DNA of 17,760 bases from Octopus sinensis (lineage: Eukaryota), in contig NW_021824800.1 of assembly GCF_006345805.1 (NCBI RefSeq), positions 1 through 17,760 of the forward strand, read 5' to 3'. Positions 1 to 8,890 of the stretch are shown in pieces. A model generated the notes under the pieces. The model did no database searches and was not told where the DNA came from. It worked only from the letters and a program-made list of their open reading frames with translations. The position numbers were made by a program, and so were the translations under genes. Every line of letters starts with the position of its first letter. Positions within the stretch are counted from its first letter, which is position 1.

Positions 1-427
1 CGGAAATTCTGTTTCGCTAACGGCTACACATCCACAGCTAGTGACCTGAAGTCGTTGAGCTGGTGACCCTGCATCCTGAACGACTCCAGGCCACGTACAT
101 TTTTGCACCTGACTAAAATTTTGCTATGTTGGCCGGAAAGAGTTGAGAGGAAACATAAAAGTGAGGTTACTTACCTTCCCGATGCTGTCGGTTGGCGGGT
201 GGTTCGACCTCCATGATTGGTTGGGGTTCCTTTGGGAACCCCTTTAAAAGTATGCTCATAGCGTTTACATTCGGGGTTCCAACATCGTATGGGAAAACCT
301 CCCAAACGTTCTTGTATATGTTAAATGGAAATCGCACTAACCAAAAGTTATCAGGCGGTATAAAAGTGATGGTGCAGCAAATTTCAGCCCCTTTTAATAT
401 TCTGTTTCGAGCTATGAGGGTCATCAT
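1..427 (-). mobile_element. Degenerate non-LTR retrotransposon (L1/Tx1-like) fragment: putative ORF1 C-terminus (167-427) followed by ORF2 APE-endonuclease N-terminus running off the window's left edge
   Basis: Minus strand 112->10 reads VRCKNVRGLESFRMQGHQLNDFRSLAVDV/(1-nt frameshift)/AVSET. This matches the APE N-terminal pattern of L1/Tx1 ORF2 (NVRGL...D(V/I)xxxxET), with N at 101-99 and SET at 18-10. The upstream 86-aa ORF (stop at 167) sits where ORF1 would end; its identity as ORF1 is positional inference only. Confidence 0.62.
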
Positions 428-520
428 TCGCTCGCCTCACAATCACAAAGCTTGCGTGAGTTTGCATATTGTTGTGCATGCTTTCGGACGAGGGGGAGGT
501 GGTGATTGTGTTGGTGGTTA

Positions 521-533
521 ACTACTACTACTA

Positions 534-581
<48 letters not shown>
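521..581. repeat. (TAC)n trinucleotide microsatellite
   Basis: About 20 ACT units with one interruption near 533. Confidence 0.97.
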
Positions 582-918
582 AGGCATGTCTAGAAATTTT
601 GAAGAAACATTGTCTGCTCTTTTCTTAAGAATTATTTTATAACCAAGAAGAGAAAACATAAAAAATACTTGGGTATACACTATTATTACTAAGTTACTAA
701 TTGGTATTTTTTTTATTATAACAACAGTCATGATAAATTTTTTCTATTGCGTGATATTAAAAAAAAAATTATATATATAAGCAAGATAAAGTAAGAAGAA
801 AATTCGATTTAGGTCAGGCTGGATTTGAATTCATCGAAGTGTCAAATTAAAACAGTCAATAAAATATCGTATCTAATTTTTTTTTTTTGCATTGTCTCTT
901 AATGGAGTCCACTTAAGG

Positions 919-1130
919 GGAGAGAGAGAAAGAGAAAGCGAGAGGAATGGAGAGAAGAAAGAGAAGTGAGTGTGAGACAGAGAGTAAGACAGAAAGGGAG
1001 AACGAGAGAGAAAGGTGAGTGTAAAAGATAGATGGGAACGTTTACTTGTCAGCTTGAATTAATGAGTGAATGTGTGTATGTGTGTGTATGTATGTATTTG
1101 TTTGTGTGTGCGCTTGCTTGCTTGCGTGCG
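919..1130. repeat. GA-rich followed by GT-rich low-complexity tract
   Basis: Imperfect (GA)n, then (TG)n/(TATG)n, directly visible. Confidence 0.85.
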
Positions 1131-1249
1131 TTGCCAGTAATGGAGGTTACAAATATTTAATCAAATGTAATGTAGCTAATTGTGTGAGCTGGTGTTTTAA
1201 AAACTTCTTTGGGCTCAACGCACAACGGTAGTCCATTGCATGTCGGCCT

Positions 1250-1422
1250 AGATATAAGTCGAATTCGATCCCACTACTATGTGGGTATTTTAGCTTATGG
1301 ATCCTGAAAGGAAGAAAAGATAAGTCGACCTTTGTTGGGATTCGAACTCACTAAAACAACCGTAACTAAAAAAACACAAACGATTATTTTGCCCGATGCG
1401 CTAACGATTTGGCCAATCTACC
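1250..1422 (-). mobile_element. Old, diverged tRNA-derived SINE (same family as 2709-3129)
   Basis: Colinear degenerate matches to the 2895-3127 copy: taagtcga (1255), gaaaggaagaaaagataagtcgacct, ggattcgaactca (B-box complement), ttttgcccgatgcgctaacgatttggcca. Confidence 0.75.
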
Positions 1423-1568
1423 ACCCTGTCTCACTTATTAGTATCTTAGATTGTTTTCACTCACGTACACGTTGTTCATTGCTAGACCCAATGCGCCGTT
1501 ATTTACGCATTGGCTCTGGCAATCCGGAAAATGGTCTGTAGAAAGCCATAGAAGAAAAGAAAACGATC

Positions 1569-1987
1569 TTTTCGGTTTGAACGGCAGTTTTTAGCATAAT
1601 TTCTAGGTAACTAAAAAATGTTAAACTTCGTATACTGGTAGAATGGTTTATAAAACATCTTTTTCTCTTGGCTTTATTGAGAAAATTCTATAGTTTGTAA
1701 GATATTTGTTGTTTTTTTCTTCAATTTCTGAAAGTTCAACCAATCAATGACCTCCATTCAGGTATAAAACATTCTTTGCCGTATGAATATATCCCTCGTT
1801 TAAGAAACAGATTGGGTTTATTGACATTTGTGAAGAAAAAAGATACCCTTCCCCCATCCCTAGCCCTAACCCTAACTAACCCTAACCCTAAAACAGATTG
1901 AAATGCAATAGATCGATACTAGGGTCATAATTATGGGCGACAATTTCATATGACACCGCTAGGAAAAACTGCCGTTCAAACCGAAAA
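1569..1987. mobile_element. MITE / non-autonomous DNA transposon with perfect 24-bp terminal inverted repeats and an internal telomere-like array
   Basis: TTTTCGGTTTGAACGGCAGTTTTT (1569-1592) is the exact reverse complement of AAAAACTGCCGTTCAAACCGAAAA (1964-1987). The flanks gatc / tatc extend it imperfectly. No coding capacity. Confidence 0.88.
1858..1891. repeat. Interstitial telomere-like (CCCTAA)n array inside the MITE
   Basis: ccctag ccctaa ccctaa ctaa ccctaa ccctaa. Confidence 0.9.
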
Positions 1988-2708
1988 TATCCAAAGAAAA
2001 TACTAGGCTTGTTGTCCACAAAACTCTTTGAGTTCAAATCTTACTGAATTTTCCATTTTTTTTGTCTTTGTTTTCTTTTGACGTTCGGTCATTCAAACTA
2101 GCATAGTTTAGACAAATATATTGTCGAGACATTGTTTTACAGCCACCTACGCTAAACCTAACATATTTTTCATGCAAGAAAAACGCGTCTTTGAAAGAGC
2201 AGAACCATAGGAAGAATTTGTTAACAGGGAAAAATAACTCTCATCACATGTAGCTCAATGATTTTCAGACAATTTGACTTAGTATTTTATTCATCTGGGA
2301 TGTTGTTAAAGGAGTATGTTGTTATGGTCTTTAGAATTACATACTGAATGCTTCAAGCTATTATCTTTTTTATTTTCCGTCGACTCATGGTTCTGCATTT
2401 CCAGGAGATCGATATTTGAACCTCATCTTCCAAATAATATTCCTCGCTATTTCATTCGAGCTTAAAACATCAACAATTTTCGTTTCAGTATTTACCAAAA
2501 TAAGATAACTGCCTTCCATAACAAGTCTCAGTCTTATTCAATAGGAGTTATGGTAACTACAGGGATTTTCCTGTTCAAGCCATGAAAATTTTAAATACCG
2601 AAACAAAACCTTAAAAAAAAGAATATGGTTAATATTTCTGGTTTCTGATATGAATTCCTGGTTTCGGATACGAACCTACTTTCACGAAGTCTTCGAAGAT
2701 AACCTACC

Positions 2709-3129
2709 TATTTCTTTACTACCCACAAGGGGGTAAACACAGAGGGGACAAACAAGGACAGACAAACGGATTAAGTCGATTACATTGATCCCAGTGCGTA
2801 ACTGGTACTTATTTAATCGACCCCGAAAGGATGAAAGGCAAAGTCGACCTCGGCGGAATTTGAAACTGAGAACATCACGACGGACAGAAATACCTATTTC
2901 TTTACTACCTACAAGGGGCTAAACACAGAGAGGACAAACAAGGACAGATAAACGGATTAAGTCGATTATACCACCCCCATTGCGTAACTGGTGCTTATTT
3001 AATCGACCCCGAAAGGATGAAAGGCAAAGTCGACCTCGGCGGAATTTGAACTCAGGACGTAACGGCAGACGAAATACTGCTAAGCATTTCGCCCGGCGTG
3101 CTAACGATTCTGCCAGCTCGCCGCCCTAA
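2709..3129 (-). mobile_element. Head-to-tail dimeric tRNA-derived SINE (5'-truncated monomer 2709-2894 plus full-length monomer 2895-3129) within one 16-bp TSD
   Basis: Perfect direct repeat TCGAAGATAACCTACC at 2693-2708 and 3130-3145. On the minus strand the head carries an A-box-like TGGCAGAATCG and a B-box GAGTTCAAATTCC, followed by body GTCGACTTTGCCTTTCATCCTTTCGGGGTCGA and tail GTAAAGAAATA. Confidence 0.93.
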
Positions 3130-3431
3130 TCGAAGATAACCTACCAAAATATGCTAGGAATGATTCGGTCGTACGATACGACGTTTTGCATTTAATAATA
3201 TTCAAGCTTAATATTAGACTGCTTCGATCTCGCTAGTTTCATATATGTTTTTTTAAAAAGAAGCCACAAGTTCTACTCCTTTCTGTGAAAAAATTAATAA
3301 AAAAATGAATATATAAATATTCTATTTAAAAATATTAACGTATGCAACAACTGGGTATTCAAAGAAACATCTTGGCGAACATCCAAAATGAAGTAACTAT
3401 TTTACCTTTTCAGTTTCGACAAAATAAATAA

Positions 3432-3920
3432 GCGCGCGCGTGTGTGTGTGTGTGTGTGGTGTGTGTTTTGTGTGTGTGTCTGTGGGTTGAATATATATGT
3501 ATGTATATGTATAGATACATACACGTATATACATAAATATATAGTATATATATATATGCATGCATATATTTATATAAAATATATGTATATATATATATAT
3601 ATATATTATATATTATATATAACATATGTATATAATATATATCTATGCATATATTTGTATAAAATATAATATAATACACACACACACACACGCACACAAC
3701 ACACACACACACACACACACACCACACACACATATATATATATATATATATACATATATGGATATATCTATAGAGATATAGATATGTACACACACACATA
3801 TATATACACACTGTACATGAATATACAAACATTCTCATATACATATGTGTACAGATACTTGTGTATAGAAGTGGAACATTATATATATATATAAAGATAT
3901 ATATGTGTGTGTGTCTGTGT
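3432..3920. repeat. Compound microsatellite block: (GC)n(GT)n - (TA)-rich - (CA)n - (TA)
   Basis: Directly visible dinucleotide arrays; source of spurious ORFs 3410-3844. Confidence 0.95.
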
Positions 3921-4377
3921 GTCTACATACAATATTACAGTATGAAACTACAAAACTTGTATTTTAATTAAATCACATGTGAGGTCGCTATCCTATTAAA
4001 AGCCTAACCACACTAAAACTGTACTATACGCTATAAATCTAGATAAGTTATATTTAAATGTTATATCGATTATATTAGCAATCTGGCACATGTATCGCTT
4101 TTAGATTCTGCGCATTTCATGGTTTACTACTAGTAAAAACCAGTATCTGTGCACTGTTTAATAATAGTATATGGGTCGTGATCAACGGATTGCTGAGACT
4201 ATCGATTAGGTTTCAATTCTCAATTGAAGTCTTTTTCCTAACAGTTACGCTACGTCTGCAGGTGAGGTAGGTATGTCGTATAATTTCATTTTAAATATCT
4301 GAGCATGCGCATTAAGCATTATTTAATAATAGTACGCAATTAACGTATAATGTACATTATAAGCACTTAGTGGGAAA

Positions 4378-4495
4378 TAGTTGGAGCACTGGACAAAAAA
4401 AAATACCTAGTGGTATTTTTTTCTAGCTCTTTATGCTCTGTCTGAGTTAAAATCCTGCAAGAGCTAATTTTACTTTTCTTCTTTCATTGTTCGAT
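4378..4495 (+). mobile_element. Highly decayed SINE head/body (family of 2709-3129)
   Basis: ttggagcactggacaaa...tggtattt...tctgagttaaaatcc (B-box-like)...tttacttttcttctttc, colinear with the intact copies. Confidence 0.5.
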
Positions 4496-4965
4496 GAAGT
4501 ATCAAAGAGAATTGTATCGAATTAATTTACTGATACGTGTTTTTTTTTTCTTTCTAGCTGGCTATGGCAGAATAACAGTGCCTCTAACCTTCGCGGGTTT
4601 TACTAGACTGGTGAAAACAAATGGTATTAGTGTTTCTACTGAATACCTGCGGAAAAAGACATGATCAGGCAGGAAATTGCAGAGGGGGGAAAAATACTAG
4701 ATGTAAGCTAGAGAGTTGGACACAACGAAAAGTGGTGAGTATAAAAGAAATATGTAGGACAGAAATGTCTGAGTAGCGAAGGCATGAGTTCATTTAGCTC
4801 CGAAGAGCAGAGGCTATTACAACCGTCGCAGAAAAGGTTGGGAGAGGAGACGGAATGCTTTTGAGCTTTTTCGTCTGTATGTAGTCTATGATGTCTTTGA
4901 TGTACAATTTCCCTCGTTAGTTAACAGAGCTCCACCCGACACAACTTCACAATGTATATATATGA

Positions 4966-5169
4966 TAGATCGTTAGCCACTACACACATTTTTTCTCTTC
5001 TTTTTTTCTCTCCTTGTTTCTCTCCTTGTTTTTTTTTCTATGTCCCTTTCTGTAGAAGAGCGTAGGCTCGAAACGTAAAAGACTTTTCAATTACCGAGCG
5101 TTATATACTATACATCTGTTGTTTTGTACACCACCTTCCTCGTCTTTTGTTTTTTTTCGTAAACTCTCC

Positions 5170-5170
<1 letters not shown>
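4966..5170 (+). mobile_element. Penelope-like element terminal repeat fragment (left arm of inverted pair)
   Basis: Pyrimidine-rich tract, then a hammerhead-like motif, then a T-rich tail ending at (TA)n. It is the reverse complement of 5238-5417. Hammerheads in PLE terminal repeats are established knowledge. Confidence 0.65.
5042..5083 (+). ncRNA. Minimal type-I hammerhead ribozyme-like motif (variant core)
   Basis: Stem I GTC(C)CTTT / AAAG-AC; core CTGTAGA+A (5050-5057; canonical CUGANGA); stem II GAGC-gtag-GCTC; GAAA (5070-5073); palindromic ACGT stem III; putative cleavage after U-A at 5077. Confidence 0.6.

Positions 5171-5172
<2 letters not shown>

Positions 5173-5237
<65 letters not shown>
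5173..5237. repeat. (TA)n microsatellite, centre of the inverted repeat
   Basis: Perfect AT alternation over 65 bp. Confidence 0.98.
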
Positions 5238-5240
<3 letters not shown>

Positions 5241-5417
5241 AGAATTCACAAAAAAAGAACAAAAGACGAAGACAGATAGTGTAGAAAACAAACAGATGTA
5301 TTAGTATAACGCTCGGTAATTGAAAAAGTCTTTAACGTTTCGAGCCTACGCTCTTTCCCAGAAAGGACATAGAAAAAAACAAGGAGAGGAAAAATGTGTG
5401 TAGTGGCTAGTGATCTA
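5238..5417 (-). mobile_element. Penelope-like element terminal repeat fragment (right arm)
   Basis: Reverse complement aligns with 4966-5170. Identical blocks include GAGCGTAGGCTCGAAACGT and CAATTACCGAGCGTTATA. Confidence 0.65.
5328..5368 (-). ncRNA. Second hammerhead-like motif (core more degenerate)
   Basis: Minus strand reads GTCCTTT-CTGGGAAA-GAGC-gtag-GCTC-GAAA-CGT-T-AAAGAC. Stems I, II and III are intact, but the CUGANGA box is mutated. Confidence 0.5.
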
Positions 5418-6095
5418 CCATGGCGAATGCCGGACAGAAGAGTCACACAGGAGAGCTATGAAGAAGGGATGATAACAAAGTAGTAGTGATCCCAAAAGGA
5501 AGGTGCGCGTGTGTGTAAGTGAGTATGTATGTGCGTGTGAAAGAGGGCTGGTGATCTTGACGTGTGCGTGTGTGTATGTGTAGGTGTGAAACTGTGGAGA
5601 TGGCAATTGGTCAGTGCTGGTGTGTGCGTGAAGGTGTGTTGTGATATGATGTGTTGTGTGGTATGATGTAGTGTGGTTTGGTGGGATGGTGTTTGAAGGT
5701 GGGGGAGATGAGAGTAGGGAAAGCACGGGTGGGGTGTGGATTAGGCTGGTGGTGGGGTTAGAGGTGGGGCATGTGGGTAGGCAGAGGGTGGAGTAGAGGT
5801 GGAGTATGTGGGAGAGGGTGTAAGAGATGGGATGGGAAGGAGAGGGAAGGTGGGGTGGGCTTATGGGGGAGGGTTGACGATGAAGGAAGAAGGGGAAGGT
5901 GGGTATGAGAGAAGAGAGAAAGAGAGTAAGAGAGAAGAGAGATGAGAGAAAGAGAGTAGGGGTGAAGAGAAGTAGGAGTGAAGAGAAGTAGGAGTGAAGA
6001 GAAGTAGGAGTCGAAGCAAGAGAGGAGAGGTGGGTGGAAGGCGGTAAGAGGGAGGGGGAGGGGGCAAGAGGAGGTGGTTAGATGAAGAGGAGCAC
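5418..6095 (-). repeat. Strand-asymmetric low-complexity tract (GT- then GA-rich on +), probably the 3' UTR of the right-hand Penelope-like copy; includes a 16-bp tandem repeat
   Basis: Purine/G-rich plus strand. Unit GTAG(G/A)GTGAAGAGAA-like repeats start at 5956, 5972, 5988 and 6004. It directly abuts the right PLE arm. Confidence 0.6.
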
Positions 6096-6335
6096 GAATG
6101 CTTATCATAGAGTGGACACTTCATTTAAATCACCCAAGACCAGATGCTGGTATTAAACTTAGATTTTCATCAGCCCAAGCTTGTGATGGAAGATTGCTGC
6201 AAAGTGAGAATGGATCCGAAAATTATTGCAAGAGGACCTATTAGCCACAGAGTTATACCAGCACCAATTATGGTATACATTAGTATATCTTATACAAATA
6301 GGAAGCAATATACAGAAGACGTTGATGTCATTTAC
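6090..6335 (-). pseudogene. Possible highly degraded GIY-YIG endonuclease remnant of a Penelope-like element
   Basis: Patchy cross-frame resemblance to PLE C-termini: TSTSSVYC..MY..IG (cf. CTSSNVVYCI..LYIG), VANR (LADR), SHF, QHLVLG (EQHLIFRLG), ending LFI*. Many stops; supported mainly by its position upstream of the UTR and hammerhead. Confidence 0.3.
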
Positions 6336-6710
6336 TCGCAAACTAACTTTGTGGATCGGTTTTCGATTCTCATTCGTGGCTTCTTTTTTATACGAGTGTA
6401 GGAAAACTGATAGATAGCCAACTCAACAAAATATATAACACTGGTCAAGAAGAAAGCGATTTGTGTTTTGATTGTTGCCTCAGCGTAATTTTCAAATAAC
6501 TGAATTCAGTTGGATATAAATATATCCTGAATATTTCAACAACTCAGAGCGATTGTTCTGTAATGTTGTAATATTCATGAGAATTTTGCCACCTATGGCT
6601 AAGCATATCTTTGAGAACGGTAAACATAACGAAGCTGACTTTTGTTAGAAACACTAAACGAAAAAAAAAAATTCTTTTCGGTTTTCCATCGAAAGAAAGG
6701 CATCGATATC

Positions 6711-6823
6711 TTTTCTACTCTAGGCACAAGGGACCAGTCAATTAGATCGACCCCAGTACACAACTGGTACGTGATTTATCGACCCCGAAGGGATGAAAGG
6801 CAAAGTCGACCTCGGTGGAATTT
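6711..6823 (-). mobile_element. 5'-truncated SINE with the same central domain but a different tail (…CCTTGTGCCTAGAGTAGAAAAG)
   Basis: Body atcgaccccgaagggatgaaaggcaaagtcgacctcggtggaatttgaa. Degenerate TSD GAAAGGCATCGATATC (6695-6710) vs GAAAGGCGTCAGTATATC (6824-6841). Confidence 0.85.
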
Positions 6824-7012
6824 GAAAGGCGTCAGTATATCAGCAACAAATTAGTTAAGTAAGCGTTAATCATACAAGAAGCCATTTCCCTTACAAACCA
6901 AGAAGTGAAAGTCCAAAGGTTTGCTCGATCTGCTAAAAATATTAGCAAAATCTCGACAAGCTACTCACAGTTGAAACGTTTTTGATCGTGACAGCCCGGT
7001 CAGAACAAATAT

Positions 7013-7196
7013 TTCTTTATTGCCCACAAGGGGCTAAACATAGAAGGGACAAACATGGACAGACAAAGGGGTTAAGTCGATTACATCGACCCCAGTGCGA
7101 AACGGGTACTTTATTGACCCTGAAAGGACGAAAGGCAAAGTCGACTTCGGCGGAATTTGAACTCAGAACGCAACGACAGATGAAATATACCGCTAA
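7013..7196 (-). mobile_element. 5'-truncated SINE (family of 2709-3129) with perfect 18-bp TSD
   Basis: CCCGGTCAGAACAAATAT at 6995-7012 and 7197-7214; body colinear with 2709-2894. Confidence 0.93.
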
Positions 7197-7246
7197 CCCG
7201 GTCAGAACAAATATGGGCCTAAGCAACGACAGCAGCAACCACCGCC

Positions 7247-7272
7247 ACAACAACAACAACAACAACAACAAC
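7247..7272. repeat. (ACA)n microsatellite
   Basis: Directly visible. Confidence 0.95.
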
Positions 7273-8022
7273 GACAATATTGATTGCAAAAAATCAATCC
7301 TCTGTAAATAAATATGTCTGGGTATAAAATGGATGCAGAATCGAAAATAATGTACGGGTATAGCATTGTGCGAATGAGAGAGGAAGAAGGAAGAGAGACG
7401 GAGAAACCAAGGAAAACGAGGAGGACACGAGACAGAAAAAAGAGGGAGACAGGAGACAGAGAAAGAGAGAGAGAAGAGAAGAGATTGGGAGAGAGATATA
7501 GTGTGAGTATGAGCGTGTGAATGTATGTGAGTGTGTATGAGCATGCGTACGAGAGAGAAAGATGGAATTATTTTAAAGTGCTTTTTGAAGTACGGCCATA
7601 TTGCTTTGGAGAACAGTGCTATTTCCCCGTTTTATTTATTAATGTATTGATTTTATCTAAGTATTGCTTGGTATATATATATATATATTGCATAGTTTTA
7701 TTTATATATTTATTTCTATTTTGAAATAGAAAGTCTGTAGTCGGCATGTTACGACGACTGCCTTGATAAATTTATTCCGTTGCGTGATTAACGATTAAAA
7801 GTAGACTGGAACTAAATAGGAACTTTCTAAGGTCAAAGAAAAAGGTTTATTTCGTCCCGGGAGCGATTAAACAATTACTTCACTTCTTACGGGTTTCAGG
7901 TAACAGTTGTTAAGTCATTGGCTTATACTGAGTATTCTTTGGGGGGTCATGAACAAGATTCTTAGTCAGATTCTGTTATTCCTCCCTGCCTGCTTTATCT
8001 TCCTTATTCTTTATTATTAGGC

Positions 8023-8890
8023 ACACGCACACACATATATATACATACATACATACATACATACATACATACACACATACGTACATACATACATACATAC
8101 ATACATACATACACACATACATACACACATACATACACACATACATACACACATACATACATACATACATACACACACACATACATACATACATACATAC
8201 ATACACACACATACATACATACATACATACATACATACATACATACATACATACATACATACACGCACACATACATACATATACACACATACATACATAC
8301 ACACACACATACATACATACATACATACTGCATGCATACATACATACATACATACATACATACAAACACACATACATACACACATACATACATACATACA
8401 AACAAACATACATATATATATATACATACATACATTCATACATACATACATACACACATACATACATATAAACATACATACATACATACACACATACACA
8501 CATACATTCATACATACACACATACACACATACATACATACATACACACACACATACATACATACATACACGCACACATACATACATACACACACACATA
8601 CATACATACATACACACACACATACATACATACATACATGCATGCATATACAGCTATCTATTTGTGTTTATGTATGCATACATACATTCACACACACATA
8701 TGTAGACACACACATATATATATATCCCTTTCCCCCTCTCACCCCACTCTTTCTCTCTCTCTATCTATCTCTCTATCTCTCCATCTCTCTAATTCTATCT
8801 CTCTCTCTATCTCTTTATATCTCCCTCTATGTTTCTCTCTCTATATCTATATACATACATACATTATATATATATATATATATATATACC
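8023..8890. repeat. Large compound (CATA)n/(CA)n satellite (~8040-8640) followed by (CT)/(TA) tracts
   Basis: About 600 bp of CATA/CA units; source of the spurious 200-aa ORFs. Confidence 0.97.

Noticed and set aside
192-521. 109-aa plus-strand ORF
   Set aside because: Antisense to the LINE-like ORF; no recognisable motif or splice context.
1484-1517. GC hairpin (CCAATGCG/CGCATTGG) next to CTAG, like a Helitron 3' end
   Set aside because: CTAG abuts the stem instead of lying ~10 nt away, there is no A|T insertion context, and no 5' TC end or Rep/Hel sequence.
2160-2580. Non-repetitive stretch with faint hAT-like peptide fragments on the minus strand
   Set aside because: Multiple stops in all frames; no convincing motif could be aligned by eye.
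3060-3127. tRNA-like heads with A/B boxes (also 10101, 14245, 15800-15876, 16030-16099)
   Set aside because: They continue into SINE bodies and lack a complete cloverleaf/acceptor stem, so they are not tRNA genes.
2693-3145. Repeated 16-18-bp direct repeats that might suggest CRISPR-like repeat/spacer structure
   Set aside because: Each pair occurs only twice and flanks a SINE, so they are target-site duplications in eukaryotic DNA.
4557-4625. Strong acceptor followed by GYGRITVPLTFAG, reminiscent of a K+ channel pore (GYGDxxP)
   Set aside because: The splice phase forces T/A/S/P before GYG rather than V/I, spacing to the Pro is off by one, there is no S6-like hydrophobic helix, and the donor is weak.
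4745-4865. KYVGQ…EEQRL peptide suggesting GIY-YIG upstream of the left hammerhead arm
   Set aside because: A stop lies immediately upstream and the R/EH motifs expected after YxG are absent; likely chance.
5415-6124. Pro/Ser/Leu/His-rich minus-strand ORFs
   Set aside because: Stop-poor translations of a pyrimidine-rich low-complexity strand.
6095-6145. VLGDLN peptide resembling the APE 'GDFN' motif
   Set aside because: Isolated and flanked by stops with no other APE motifs; the PLE-remnant reading fits the context better, though both are weak.
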